From assembly GCA_964453655.1 (NCBI GenBank), contig CAYVSP010000003.1, positions 1 to 44,902 of the forward strand: DNA of 44,902 nt. Direction: 5' to 3'. Of this stretch, positions 31,744 through 41,546 are shown in pieces. A program made the translations under genes and the position numbers. The notes under the pieces are model-generated. The model was not told the origin of the DNA, did not search any database, and worked only from the letters and a program-made list of their open reading frames with translations. The first letter of the stretch is position 1. Each line of letters begins with the position of its first letter. The stretch is from an uncultured Candidatus Saccharibacteria bacterium (GTDB taxonomy: Bacteria; Patescibacteriota; Saccharimonadia; Saccharimonadales; CAYVSP01).

Positions 31744-32397
31744 TTATTTACTTAGCTGGCGTCGGCGATTGTACATGTAGTGTGCAGTGCCTGCTGCAGC
31801 TGCAACTGACATTGCTGTTGCAACCACGCCCGAGGGACCAGTATTTGTTAATTTGGTAACTGTTTGAGTAGTAGACGCTGGTGTTGCTGGAGGGGTAGTT
31901 GGTGGGGTAGTAGGAGGAGTTGCCTCACACTTCAAACCATGTCCACCCAGGTAAGCGTTCAATAGACGGCCTGGTTCAAATGGTATTTTGCCATTAGGGC
32001 CGGTTGGATTCAGGCCTAGTGCCAGGTCAACTTGGTAGAAACACTTTGGCACATTGACGGTCATGGTGTGTGTACCAGGCTGAGCGTCTTTCAGTTTAGC
32101 AGCTGCAAACAACTTCTGATCTTCAAGAGGGTAAGGGTTGCCATCTTTATGGGGAACTGTGAAGGCGCTAAGCACGAAGTCTTTACGACAATTTGCATCA
32201 CCTTCTACATTGAAGCTAATGCTAATGGTATCGCCTTTACTATTGGTACCCTTGACGAATCCTTTGCCAAGGCCTTCTTCGGTAAACTTACAAGTTGGTG
32301 TATCGCCAGGGTTAGCGTAGACCTTTGCCGACGCAGTAACACCCGTAGCTACAGCTACACCTAAAACTAAACTTAAAATTATATTTCGTATTTTCAT
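31744..32397 (-). CDS. Secreted surface protein paralog with LTNTG sorting signal
   Basis: 217 aa with a signal peptide, the same 4-Cys domain as the ORFs at 14488 and 15740, and a (PTT)n linker. The C terminus is LTNTG, then a hydrophobic helix, then NRRRQLSK. Confidence 0.8.
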   Translation of the reverse strand: MKIRNIILSLVLGVAVATGVTASAKVYANPGDTPTCKFTEEGLGKGFVKGTNSKGDTISISFNVEGDANCRKDFVLSAFTVPHKDGNPYPLEDQKLFAAAKLKDAQPGTHTMTVNVPKCFYQVDLALGLNPTGPNGKIPFEPGRLLNAYLGGHGLKCEATPPTTPPTTPPATPASTTQTVTKLTNTGPSGVVATAMSVAAAAGTAHYMYNRRRQLSK

Positions 32398-32506
32398 AAA
32401 CTATCTCCTATCCTTACAGCCAGTCCTTCTAGCTTGAGTACATATTAGAATAAAACTTAAGAATTGTCAAGCTTTTATTTAACTCTTTCCAGCTTAATGC
32501 AAATTA

Positions 32507-32535
32507 AAAACAGGGCTCATAAGAAGCCCTGTTTT
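32507..32535. terminator. Rho-independent terminator
   Basis: Hairpin AAAACAGGGCT-CATAAGA-AGCCCTGTTTT, downstream of the small KGG-type gene. Confidence 0.65.
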
Positions 32536-32561
32536 AGGAAGTGTGTGGCTACTGCAGGATG

Positions 32562-32672
32562 TTAATTAGAGCTACGATTACGTCTTGCTTTACCGCTGGC
32601 TCGTCCACCCATACTTGAGATTTCACGCTGCCTGGTCTTATCCATAGCTGCAAATCCGCGCTTTTTAACCAT
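32562..32672 (-). CDS. Small KGG-motif stress-induced protein (36 aa)
   Basis: My own translation gives MVKKRGFAAMDKTRQREISSMGGRASGKARRNRSSN. It matches the RGFA.MD....REI.S.GG.AS pattern of the KGG/GsiB-like repeat. A strong SD (AAGGAGG) lies 4 nt upstream. Confidence 0.6.
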   Translation of the reverse strand: MVKKRGFAAMDKTRQREISSMGGRASGKARRNRSSN

Positions 32673-32748
32673 AAACCCTCCTTATTTAGTTGGCCTTCTA
32701 AGCATAGACATAGATTGAATGGTTCGCTGTTAGATATTTAACTTACAC

Positions 32749-33225
32749 TTATTTGCGCCGCCAAACTTCAAAATTGAAGGTGATACCCCCTTCTGTTTTT
32801 GGCTTACTGCTGGAAATCCGCCGAAACCTTTGCTCGAACTCAGGAAAGAACTTAGTGCAATGAAAATCTTGATTCAATCGTGTCAGATACAATTCATCAG
32901 CCATATCAAATGTGCTTTCAAACAATAAAGCGCCGCCAAGATTCCAAATTTCACCTTGAGTGTTTTTCAGGAAAGAACGAGCGTCGTAAACCGATTCAAA
33001 ACCATCTTTTAATTTTTCAGCCCTATTTCTGATTGCCACGTAATTAATACCTTCGGGCATTGGCTTGCTAAGCTCTTTATAAAGCCCGTAGCCCATTAGT
33101 TTTATACCGTCTTTGATGTTTTGCCGATAATACTTTACATCGGAAGGAATACGACCCTGCCAAGGAATGCCGTGGTCATCAGCAATGCCTCTTTTGCTAT
33201 CAATTGCGGCAATAAATCGTATCAT
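32749..33225 (-). CDS. folA: Dihydrofolate reductase
   Basis: 158 aa. The N terminus IAAIDSKRGIADDHGIPW is typical of DHFR. It lies adjacent to folC. Confidence 0.75.
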   Translation of the reverse strand: MIRFIAAIDSKRGIADDHGIPWQGRIPSDVKYYRQNIKDGIKLMGYGLYKELSKPMPEGINYVAIRNRAEKLKDGFESVYDARSFLKNTQGEIWNLGGALLFESTFDMADELYLTRLNQDFHCTKFFPEFEQRFRRISSSKPKTEGGITFNFEVWRRK

Positions 33226-33232
33226 ATCTCTA

Positions 33233-34513
33233 TTATATCGTTTCTTTTTTCTTCTTAAAGATAAGTGGACGAATATGGTTCATGAGGTAGAAAGAACCGG
33301 TGATGACCAAGATCGGCTCACTACGCTTTAATAAAGCCTTATATGCCTCAGCTGGGTCGCTCAAAACTTCAACATTGTTGAAGCCTAATTGCCGGCACCG
33401 TTCAACAACCTTGCGAGGATTTATCGACTGCTTTACAAAATCCTGCTGTGACCTAAAAGACGTAATGATAAGATGGTCGGCTAAGCCTACAAGCGCTTTA
33501 AGGCTAGTTCTCAGCCTGAGGTCTGAGCTTTGTATAAGGCTAAATAGCACGGCCACCTTCTGCTCACCAAACATGCTTTGCACGCTAGTACTCAATGCCT
33601 CTAATTTCTGGGCATTGTGAGCACCATCTAAAATAACGGTTTTGCCGGCTCGTTGGATAATCTCCATGCGAGCCGGTATGTAAGTCTTGGTGGTTTTAAG
33701 CAGTGTTTTAGCAGCTAAAACCGGCAATTTGTCTCTTACGGCCAGATATTCGTAGATCCGCGTAGCAAGATACCAATTACGCTGTTGATAGAGCGGTAAG
33801 TGGGCCGGCAACATGTCGGCTGAAGGTAAGCGCACCTCATGCAACTCAGCCTGCTCTTGTCTGCAGACTTCGCGAATAACTTGCATTATCTCAGCTTTTT
33901 GCTGGTAGGTTACTACTGTATTGTATGGCAAAACAATGCCGGCTTTTTGAGCAGTAATTTCGGGTAGAGTTTTACCTAGTACGCTTGTATGATCTAAACC
34001 GATGTCAGTTATTACGCAGACTTTGTCTGCAGACCGCACAACGTTAGTGCCATCCAACAGTCCCCCCATACCAACTTCCATAACAGCGTAATCGACCTTT
34101 TGGTTGGCAAAATACCAATAAGCCAGCGCCACTAATAGCTCGAAATAGGTTGGTTTAATACCGCTGTTATCGACGATATTTATAAATTCTGTCAGAACAC
34201 TAACGTAGTCTTGCTCCGGCAGTGGTAAGAGATTAATTTGTAGCCGTTCATTTACTTCATCGATGTGCGGCGAAACAGAAAGCCCTGTTTTTTTACCAGC
34301 CGCCGTAAGTAAAGCGGCTATATAATAGCTAGTAGAAGTTTTACCAGAAGTCCCAGCGACATGAATTACCTTCAATTTATTCTGGGGATTGCCCAGGAAG
34401 TCCATAAGTTCGGCCATACGTTCAAGCGTATAAGGCGCACTCATCGACCGGGACCGCGGCACATAGCCCTCCAAGACTTTGTGCGCTTCAGCAAAACTCG
34501 ATATCTTAGTCAT
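33233..34513 (-). CDS. folC: Folylpolyglutamate synthase/dihydrofolate synthase (Mur ligase family)
   Basis: P-loop HVAGTSGKTSTS and a Mur-ligase central domain. The start was moved to the ATG at 34513; the track's longer ORF uses an upstream GTG. Confidence 0.85.
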   Translation of the reverse strand: MTKISSFAEAHKVLEGYVPRSRSMSAPYTLERMAELMDFLGNPQNKLKVIHVAGTSGKTSTSYYIAALLTAAGKKTGLSVSPHIDEVNERLQINLLPLPEQDYVSVLTEFINIVDNSGIKPTYFELLVALAYWYFANQKVDYAVMEVGMGGLLDGTNVVRSADKVCVITDIGLDHTSVLGKTLPEITAQKAGIVLPYNTVVTYQQKAEIMQVIREVCRQEQAELHEVRLPSADMLPAHLPLYQQRNWYLATRIYEYLAVRDKLPVLAAKTLLKTTKTYIPARMEIIQRAGKTVILDGAHNAQKLEALSTSVQSMFGEQKVAVLFSLIQSSDLRLRTSLKALVGLADHLIITSFRSQQDFVKQSINPRKVVERCRQLGFNNVEVLSDPAEAYKALLKRSEPILVITGSFYLMNHIRPLIFKKKKETI

Positions 34514-34571
34514 ATACGCGCGTATTGTACTCCTAACGCACCGATGATGGTACACTGTAAAAGCCTTCTAG

Positions 34572-34648
34572 GCACCCGTAGCTCAGCTGGATAGAGCGCA
34601 TGGCTTCGAACCATGAGGTCGGGAGTTCGAGTCTCTCCGGGTGTACCA
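34572..34648 (+). tRNA. tRNA-Arg (anticodon UCG)
   Basis: GCACCCG TA GCTC AGCTGGATA GAGC G CATGG CTTCGAA CCATG AGGTC GGGAG TTCGAGT CTCTC CGGGTGT A CCA, with a G1-U72 pair and an encoded CCA. Confidence 0.88.
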
Positions 34649-34704
34649 TTTAGTTTATGACTTTAGCTCCCTTATCAAGGTAATTTTTCTGTTAAAATTT
34701 AGAC

Positions 34705-35253
34705 ATGAGTGAAGCGCTAAGCCACGATTTACAGGCTCAGCTGCAGAACCCCCGTCCCCAATCATGGGATGATATAGTTAAGGCATGGCAAAAAGACGAA
34801 GAAAAACCTAACTCAAAAAGTGTTTTTATGCAGAGTGTCCAGCAGGATTGGCTGGATTGGAGAAACGAAATTATTGTTCCGTTGCATCTTGATCAACTTG
34901 AATGGACCGCTTTTACCATTAAGGAGCCAGCTAGGACCGTTCCTCGTTTTCGTGGTGGTCCATTTGAGCCATGGCAAAGATTGTATTATGGCGATAAGCA
35001 GACACCAACGTTTGAAGAGATTGCAGCAAATCCTGTTACAGATGTTCAAACCCGAGATAAGTTTGTGGACATATTAAGCTCGCCAGAACCCATAATTCTA
35101 GTAGGGATTATAAAAGATAACGAGGTTTATGTTGTTGAAGGCATGCATCGTTGTGTCGCTATTGCGCTGGCGGCTAGTAGAGGACAAGTGATCGCTAACT
35201 CTGTACAAATTTCACTTGCGGTCAGTGATTTAGACGTGTTTCCGACAATTTAG
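34705..35253 (+). CDS. Hypothetical protein
   Basis: 182-aa ORF. The segment VYVVEGMHRCVAIALA is vaguely ParB/sulfiredoxin-like (DGxHR) but not convincing. Confidence 0.5.
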   Translation: MSEALSHDLQAQLQNPRPQSWDDIVKAWQKDEEKPNSKSVFMQSVQQDWLDWRNEIIVPLHLDQLEWTAFTIKEPARTVPRFRGGPFEPWQRLYYGDKQTPTFEEIAANPVTDVQTRDKFVDILSSPEPIILVGIIKDNEVYVVEGMHRCVAIALAASRGQVIANSVQISLAVSDLDVFPTI

Positions 35254-35327
35254 CACCCGTTAATCTGTTTCTGAATCTATTCCTTACGGTTCATGCTACT
35301 ATATAGCTATAAACATTAGGAGACGTT

Positions 35328-35564
35328 ATGGACATATTTGGAATGACAATAATCGGTTTTACAATTAGTACTATTTGGGCAGTAATGATATTGCTCATAT
35401 GGATTGCTTTAGCTTTCTGGCCAGCCCGCGTAGCAGGACGCAAGGGTCACAGTTTTTGGGGTTATTTTCTCTTTAGCCTAGTTTTCTTCTTTGCTGCACT
35501 TATCGTGGCTTACATGGTACCGGATAGAAGCAGCCAGTCCCAACAGCCAGCCAGCGCTGAATAG
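35328..35564 (+). CDS. Small membrane protein (3 predicted TM helices)
   Basis: 78-aa ORF with SD-like TAGGAGAC 3 nt upstream. It has hydrophobic helices. Confidence 0.55.
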   Translation: MDIFGMTIIGFTISTIWAVMILLIWIALAFWPARVAGRKGHSFWGYFLFSLVFFFAALIVAYMVPDRSSQSQQPASAE

Positions 35565-35569
35565 ATAGA

Positions 35570-35884
35570 CTACTTATGTTCGTCGTCTTTTGAACCCCGC
35601 CTTTGCTCGTATTTATAGGCACGGCGTTTCATGGTGTAGCTGATAAAAGTTGTGATAATCCCGACGCCGATGAAAATATAAAAAGTCGTGAAGACTTTGC
35701 CGAAGTCAGTATGAGGGGTAAAGTCACCATAACCAACTGTCGCCAAGGTTATAACGCTAAAGTAATAAGAGTTCAGCCAGGAGAACTTTTCTACCAAGTG
35801 GTAGACTATGGTGCCCATGGTCAGAGCAACAAAGACAGCCAACAGTAGAAGGCGATAGATATGTTTATTAAAAGTTTCTGGCAT
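35570..35884 (-). CDS. Minimal two-TM potassium channel
   Basis: 104 aa with the K+ selectivity filter TVGYGD flanked by two TM helices. Confidence 0.85.
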   Translation of the reverse strand: MPETFNKHIYRLLLLAVFVALTMGTIVYHLVEKFSWLNSYYFSVITLATVGYGDFTPHTDFGKVFTTFYIFIGVGIITTFISYTMKRRAYKYEQRRGSKDDEHK

Positions 35885-35984
35885 GGTGCAATTATAGCAG
35901 CGAAAGGTTCATGTCAATTTTAAAGTACATTTAAGTAAAGCCCACCCTGTACTTTAACAATGATTTATCTACGGTTTGCCTTAT

Positions 35985-36395
35985 TTAGGTATTGACTGAT
36001 AGCTCACCACCGTGAACGGTCAGCGCATAAATGACCAAGACATCCACAACCATGAGAATGATTGACCACAAAGGATAGGCACTTAGGAAAGTAAATTGTG
36101 CTACCAGGTTCAAGCTCGCCAGTCCGATAGCGACAATACGGGCCCACATGCGCCCACTAAACAAACTTGTGCCGGCCATTAATATGACAACGCCGAATAA
36201 CAGGTGTACCCAGCCCCATTGAGTGAAATCAAGCATCAACAGTCTTCCCTGTTGTGCTACATAGAACTGATCGTTGAGCAAAGCTGTCAAACCGACAACC
36301 ATTTGAAAAACACCCAGTACGATCATCATGAAACTTGCAAAGTATGCCCATCCTACCCACCCGGAAACGTTGTTGTTAGCAGAATTAGCTGCCAT
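35985..36395 (-). CDS. Membrane protein, DUF7144-like (paralog 1)
   Basis: 136 aa. The pattern GWVGWAYFA..WGWVHLLFG..WARIVAIGLASLN..YPLWSI..D.LVIYAL is shared with the next ORF. Confidence 0.6.
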   Translation of the reverse strand: MAANSANNNVSGWVGWAYFASFMMIVLGVFQMVVGLTALLNDQFYVAQQGRLLMLDFTQWGWVHLLFGVVILMAGTSLFSGRMWARIVAIGLASLNLVAQFTFLSAYPLWSIILMVVDVLVIYALTVHGGELSVNT

Positions 36396-36448
36396 ATGGT
36401 TTCTCCTTTATCTCTAACATTTAGTAATTCTTATTGATTTGGGTTGAA

Positions 36449-36844
36449 CTATTCAGCCCCTGCTTCACCACCGTGCGCTGTCAACGCATATATGATGAGT
36501 CCATCTATGATTAGTGCTGTTGTCGACCACAGCGGATATGCCGTGATAAACGCAATATTGTGCAACATAGATAGGACTACGAGGAGCAGTGCTACTATAC
36601 GAGCCCATGTAGAACCCGCCCATAAACCAAGACCAGTCAGTATTAACAATAAGCCTACGATAAGGCTAATCCAGCCCCACGCTGTGTAATTAAGCGCGAT
36701 GAGGTGAGTCTCCGTTACAACATAGAAACTCTTACGAAAAATACCAACGAGCCCGTTTATGACTTCCAGGCCACCGACAACTAAAAGCATTGTCCCTGCA
36801 AAATAAACCCATCCTACCCACCCTGTTGGATTTTTTTTAGCCAT
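36449..36844 (-). CDS. Membrane protein, DUF7144-like (paralog 2)
   Basis: 131 aa, collinear with the ORF at 35985-36395 (GWVGWVYFA..WGWISLIVG..WARIVALLLVVLS..YPLWST..IIYAL). Confidence 0.6.
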   Translation of the reverse strand: MAKKNPTGWVGWVYFAGTMLLVVGGLEVINGLVGIFRKSFYVVTETHLIALNYTAWGWISLIVGLLLILTGLGLWAGSTWARIVALLLVVLSMLHNIAFITAYPLWSTTALIIDGLIIYALTAHGGEAGAE

Positions 36845-36898
36845 AATTTTCTCCTTTACTTAATAGTTTGGTTTTGTCTTTTTTAGAAAATCTTTGTG

Positions 36899-37453
36899 TT
36901 AAGGTAGCTCTTTGGTCATACGGTGCACGTCAATAGACATGGCAATCAAAAGTGGACCAGTCACTAACGCGTAAAGACCCAGGATCCAAACAAAAGCGAC
37001 GCCTGAAGCAGCTGGTTGGAAGAGCATCAATATGCCCGCCAAAACAGCAGCTACACCGATGATGACGGCCATTGTTTTTGCTGTGGCAATGTCATCTGAT
37101 GTCAAGGTTGCCACTACTTCGACTACGCCGCCGATAATCAGCAGGAAGCCGATGAGCAAAATTAGGGTTGCGAATGATACTCCAGGATGCCTAAGTAGGT
37201 ACACGCCAACACCAAGTTCAAACAATCCGATTAGGACTGTTAAGAACCCCAGCTGGTGATGACCGATTCGGCCAATACCGCTAACGATGCGTATGACACC
37301 TTCAACCAAAACCCAGGCGCTAAACAAGTAGAGCAAGGTTAGGAGGGTGATGCCTGGCCAGAAAACGGCTGCAATACCAAAAGTAACCGCAAGGATGCCT
37401 CGTAGCGTCAAAGCCCACCAGTAAGTCTGTAAGTCGTTTGTATCAGCATTCAT
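36899..37453 (-). CDS. HdeD/DUF308-family membrane protein
   Basis: 184 aa with six hydrophobic helices. The N terminus WWALTLRGILAVTFGIAAVFWPG is typical of DUF308. Confidence 0.65.
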   Translation of the reverse strand: MNADTNDLQTYWWALTLRGILAVTFGIAAVFWPGITLLTLLYLFSAWVLVEGVIRIVSGIGRIGHHQLGFLTVLIGLFELGVGVYLLRHPGVSFATLILLIGFLLIIGGVVEVVATLTSDDIATAKTMAVIIGVAAVLAGILMLFQPAASGVAFVWILGLYALVTGPLLIAMSIDVHRMTKELP

Positions 37454-37493
37454 ACTACATTCTCCTTATTAGATTTATATATCCACCCAGCTT

Positions 37494-38711
37494 CTACATC
37501 ATAGGCACACTCCTTGATCTGTTTGCAAACAGATTGATTAGTTCGACGCTCAGAACCATGAACAAAATCGTACGAACAATTCCTTGCCAGTCGGCGTTCA
37601 ACACAAAAGCAGCTAAGGCCAGCTCAAGCAGTACAACAATGCCCATAATAGCTACTTCGTATTGCCGCGCCTTAATACGCACATTTCGCATCCATAGCCA
37701 TAGTTTTGATTTGCGTAGCACAGCAAGTTGTTTAGTGAGCGTTTTGCTGCGTTTAGTGAATTTATGCTGCGTAAAGAACGTAATTAAGAATATTACTACT
37801 GAAAAAAGTGCGACTAAGGTTGTGCTTCGCCGAAAACTGCTAAGCAGCGTGTCATATACAACTCCTGCCGCCGGCCGGTAAGCAACATCCTGAAGATGGT
37901 TAAGTATTGCCGGGCGGAGCGCCTTAACCCCAATAAGTTGCAGTAACGTTATTACCAAAACCACTAAACTTATTCGCACTATCAGCCTGCGTCGAAAATG
38001 GCTGAAAATAATCGCTCCCAGTAAGCAAACTAGTGCAAACAACCCAATAGTTCCATTCAAAAAGTCAATATTTCGAATATAGGTCTTGAGTTTATCCAGT
38101 GAAGTCTTTAAATCTACGCCGAGATTTGCGTTTTTATCTTCGACTGAAATGGGTGAATTGCTTATCTGGTCATTGCCGGTGCGGCTAAGTAATGAATTTA
38201 TGCTGTTTTTGATTGCAGTCAAATCAAGATTGAAATTAGCCCTGGCTTGATGTGGCGGTGCTGGATCATTACGGGCACTGGCCATAAGCCGTGAATGGGC
38301 CGCGCGATTGGCGGCCTCCCAAGCACTGGTGAATTTATCACTTTGGATAATCTGCTTCGTTCGCGTAGTCACTCTTGTTTGTAATTCATCAGCTATAGTT
38401 GGTGCTATAAAGCTTGCCCTGTCCGGCAAGGCTTGTCCGATTTTTTCTTCGACGTTCAAATTTGTGAATAATGAATCAACAGTGTAAGTGCTCAGAGCGC
38501 TGGCCACCGTATCGTTTTTCGGTAATGGGCCGACGACTTTAACCCAGTTTTCAGTGGTTAAGATTTGGCGCTCAGTCCAGTGAATGATAGTAAAGGCAGT
38601 GAGCGCGGTTATGCCTATAAAAACCAGCAAGAATACAACCAACCCCCGCCACCCTATATGAAACTTGTGCCTTGGCTTGACGGGTTTCGCAACCATCCCA
38701 GCGGCTCCCAA
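37494..38711 (-). CDS. Hypothetical polytopic membrane protein
   Basis: 405-aa ORF with an N-terminal TM helix, a large soluble loop and a C-terminal cluster of TM helices. Confidence 0.55.
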   Translation of the reverse strand: MGAAGMVAKPVKPRHKFHIGWRGLVVFLLVFIGITALTAFTIIHWTERQILTTENWVKVVGPLPKNDTVASALSTYTVDSLFTNLNVEEKIGQALPDRASFIAPTIADELQTRVTTRTKQIIQSDKFTSAWEAANRAAHSRLMASARNDPAPPHQARANFNLDLTAIKNSINSLLSRTGNDQISNSPISVEDKNANLGVDLKTSLDKLKTYIRNIDFLNGTIGLFALVCLLGAIIFSHFRRRLIVRISLVVLVITLLQLIGVKALRPAILNHLQDVAYRPAAGVVYDTLLSSFRRSTTLVALFSVVIFLITFFTQHKFTKRSKTLTKQLAVLRKSKLWLWMRNVRIKARQYEVAIMGIVVLLELALAAFVLNADWQGIVRTILFMVLSVELINLFANRSRSVPMM

Positions 38712-38809
38712 TATTATTCCTACCTATAGTAATATCACTTTTTGCAATGTTTTCAAATGGTTTTATGTTATTTATAAGCCTGCTGACTTATTTAATAAAA
38801 ATCCACCTA

Positions 38810-39388
38810 TCATACTTTTATAAACATAAGTATCTCTTGGATCACTTCTTCATAATAGTGATCGGTGGTATTTATGATTTTATACGGAAGTACTGATTGT
38901 TCTAGTAACTTCAATTGATTTTGTTGTTGATTGATATAATATTGGGCAATTTCCTTTGATGATTTACCCCTTGATTTAAAATAATCCGATCCTCTATTCG
39001 CTGTAGCTTTTGAAATTCTATCCTCAATTGCAGCTTCATCTACTTTGAGAAAAATTGTTAATGGTGAATATTCTGCAAGTACGTCTTCTATTTCTGCATA
39101 ATCCTTAACGCTGCATTTTGCCCTGAACGCTTGAGTTAGATAAAGCCTGTCAAAAATTAATAAGTCAGGTTGCTTGGAGACTTGTTGATTGATAAGAGAC
39201 TTGAAAAACTCCTCGTGCTTATTAGACGTTTCTTTCATGATTGGTATGTGTGTTTCAGACTCCCCAACAACTACGACTTTTAGCGCAGCTAAAGATTTTT
39301 GCAGACCGGAGATAACCGTTGACTTGCCGCTTGTAGCTATACCCTCAAGTATAAGAATCTTCATCTCTGTAATAGTATCATGCAGCAA
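38810..39388 (-). CDS. P-loop NTPase/kinase-like protein
   Basis: Walker A EGIATSGKST. The size and layout resemble small nucleoside/nucleotide or small-molecule kinases. The start is probably the ATG at 39364 (MKILILEG). Confidence 0.6.
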   Translation of the reverse strand: MLHDTITEMKILILEGIATSGKSTVISGLQKSLAALKVVVVGESETHIPIMKETSNKHEEFFKSLINQQVSKQPDLLIFDRLYLTQAFRAKCSVKDYAEIEDVLAEYSPLTIFLKVDEAAIEDRISKATANRGSDYFKSRGKSSKEIAQYYINQQQNQLKLLEQSVLPYKIINTTDHYYEEVIQEILMFIKV

Positions 39389-39443
39389 TATGAACGGCTC
39401 TAACCTGGTTCAGAGTGCAGTACTAATATACAGTTATTTACAA

Positions 39444-40445
39444 TTATAAAAGCGGAGCGGCTGCTTTGTTAATTAAGTTGGTTGCCTCAGGTTTTGTCAG
39501 CGTTTCATTTACATCGAACATGCCTGAAATACAGTCATGTACTTCCCCTGACCGCTCTTGCATAACTACGACTGGCGTTAATTCAATCTTTCCAGCAATC
39601 ATTAAGCTTCGAAGCAGTGTAATTAGGGCATAATCTAACGCTGCTTCTCTGCGAAGAACTTCTTCATAGACCTGAAGGTTAAGGTTCCAGTATCCCGGTT
39701 CATGTCTACGTTGCTGCATTGTATACCACCGCTGTTGGCGTAGTATCATATCTCCAAACAAAGGCACCATAAAAGCACGACCTCCGGGGTTTGTAACTCG
39801 TAGCATTTCGGCAACTCCATCAAGGCGACCCAGCAGCGTTTCAACGTGGACTGACGTGCTGAACATGGAAACGGCTCTATCAAACCCACCATTCCTAAAA
39901 GGCAAACTAAGTGCGTCCCCTTTTATCTGATCCCGTACTCCATCAGCACTACTCCGTAGAGCTTTAAGAGAAAAATCTATCTCGGTCACTCGAGAATTTT
40001 CTATTTGCATAACATCGTCCCCGAAGGCACCAGCCCCGCTGCCAATGTCAAGAATTGATTTATTCCTGAACTCATTAGACAGCAGTTCCTTGTGCTGAGA
40101 ATCAGAAGGATCAAGACCAAGAAAAGCGCCTAAGCTTCCAAGATTACGCCTATCACTAAAGTTCTCGTCACCATCCCGTCTACTGTCAGCCGCTTCAACA
40201 AGATGACTAATCGTTGTAGTAATTGGTACTTCTTTATACCGAGTGACTTCAGTATTGTTTATTCCAAGCTCAACTGTCCCAAGAATATTAAAACCAGTCC
40301 ATCTTTGAGTTCTTTCAATACTTGCCCAGACATTTTCTGGAGCGTTAACTTGACCTTCTGGATTAGCGGCCGGGGACAAGCCGTCCTGGAAGAAAATAGG
40401 ATTAGATGTCAGGCCATCATTCGACATAAGGCAATATTCTAACAT
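39444..40445 (-). CDS. Class I SAM-dependent methyltransferase with an N-terminal extension of about 130 aa
   Basis: Motif I is ILDIGSGAGAFG. The post-I and motif II/III region is DFS..GDALSLPFRNGGFDRAVSMFS. Confidence 0.75.
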   Translation of the reverse strand: MLEYCLMSNDGLTSNPIFFQDGLSPAANPEGQVNAPENVWASIERTQRWTGFNILGTVELGINNTEVTRYKEVPITTTISHLVEAADSRRDGDENFSDRRNLGSLGAFLGLDPSDSQHKELLSNEFRNKSILDIGSGAGAFGDDVMQIENSRVTEIDFSLKALRSSADGVRDQIKGDALSLPFRNGGFDRAVSMFSTSVHVETLLGRLDGVAEMLRVTNPGGRAFMVPLFGDMILRQQRWYTMQQRRHEPGYWNLNLQVYEEVLRREAALDYALITLLRSLMIAGKIELTPVVVMQERSGEVHDCISGMFDVNETLTKPEATNLINKAAAPLL

Positions 40446-40727
40446 GTTTTATTAAAATTACAATGTACGTATCCTGCTTATCCAGCTTCCTATTTAAGAT
40501 AAATCTTCTAAATTAGAAGACTGCAAGTTCGGTGAAGCGAAAGCTCTCACAGAAGCTTGCTTCGAAAAAGCTTGAGTGGAAAAGGATGAAGTCCGCTTTC
40601 CTGTGCGGGGCAATCCTTTTATAAGGCCTAGACTAAAAATTAACAGTATGTATATGCTGCAGGTACGCGATAACCGCAAGGCCTAACGCAATAATCATTA
40701 GAAGCAAAACTGTGCGATGCCACTCTT

Positions 40728-41336
40728 TCATGATGCCCTCTTCGATACTAACTCAGCCTGCACAACCAGTCGCTTTGAGGCTGTTAATAATGGTGTACAA
40801 GTATAAAGTGTCAGCAGGTTATTGTTGCTGGGGGCCACTAATGTACCGTCAGTCGGTGGCACAATTGATATTTTTGTAACTTTATAGGTGTATTCTTGAT
40901 TGTCCCAGTCAACCGTTATGCGGTCATTCAGTTCTATTTTGTCCAAGAAATAAAAGACGCCTTTTGGTGAGGTGTACGTAAAGCGATGGCCAGCCATGAC
41001 AGTATTACTGCCCTGCTGCGGCGTACTACTGTTAGGCAAATGCCAAATACCCTTGTTTAATTCAGAAAAAGTCGGACCGTTATTGATATGCTCTTTTAAG
41101 TCCATTCTTGGAATAGTTATCAGCATCCCCTGTGGTATAGGTTGTTTTTGGTTGCTTGGTTGATTGTCGGTTACTTGAACCACCGAATTAGGAGGCTGGA
41201 CAGTTACGCGCTTGGTGTACCACCACCACAAGTTAGGTAGATATGGTAGCGCTATTAAGTAGAGTCCAATCAGCACTGCGATTACGCTGAGAATGTCATT
41301 AACGGCGCGTAAACGCTTGTTGTGCTTCTTTTTCAT
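40728..41336 (-). CDS. Sortase-family transpeptidase
   Basis: 202 aa with an N-terminal TM anchor, catalytic His context VMAGHRF, catalytic Cys motif TLYTCTP and a downstream Arg (KRLVV). Confidence 0.85.
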   Translation of the reverse strand: MKKKHNKRLRAVNDILSVIAVLIGLYLIALPYLPNLWWWYTKRVTVQPPNSVVQVTDNQPSNQKQPIPQGMLITIPRMDLKEHINNGPTFSELNKGIWHLPNSSTPQQGSNTVMAGHRFTYTSPKGVFYFLDKIELNDRITVDWDNQEYTYKVTKISIVPPTDGTLVAPSNNNLLTLYTCTPLLTASKRLVVQAELVSKRAS

Positions 41337-41546
41337 ACCTCAATTATAGATGGCTTCTATGTAATAAAAAGTGTAAATGTTCTGCAAAAGCTAGCCTTGC
41401 AATTGTCCCTTAAGTAGTATATAGTCCAAATCAAATACAAACTACCCGGGCAAAAAGCTCTAAGTGGGGTAGGTAACTTTGGTGCTAAAAGCAGCACCTA
41501 AAGCGCCGAAATAGACTAACAACAATAATCTAGGCGAGGTGTCATT

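Noticed and set aside
31620-31859. 79-aa plus-strand ORF
   Set aside because: It spans boundary repeat R6 and the bidirectional terminator, and runs antisense into the LTNTG surface-protein gene. It is spurious.
34649-35330. Possible island integrated at tRNA-Arg (a tRNA followed by hypothetical genes)
   Set aside because: I found no direct repeat of the tRNA-Arg 3' end downstream and no recombinase. The downstream genes look like ordinary membrane or stress genes.
40446-40727. A 282-nt spacer with several hairpins and a GATGAAGTCCGC segment reminiscent of the RNase P RNA GGAAAGUCC motif; also the 61-aa ORF at 40494-40679
   Set aside because: The ACAGAA-like element lies upstream rather than downstream of the GAAGTCC-like element. 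The region is too short for bacterial RNase P RNA, and no P4 pairing could be drawn. The ORF has no start context. The region is left unassigned.
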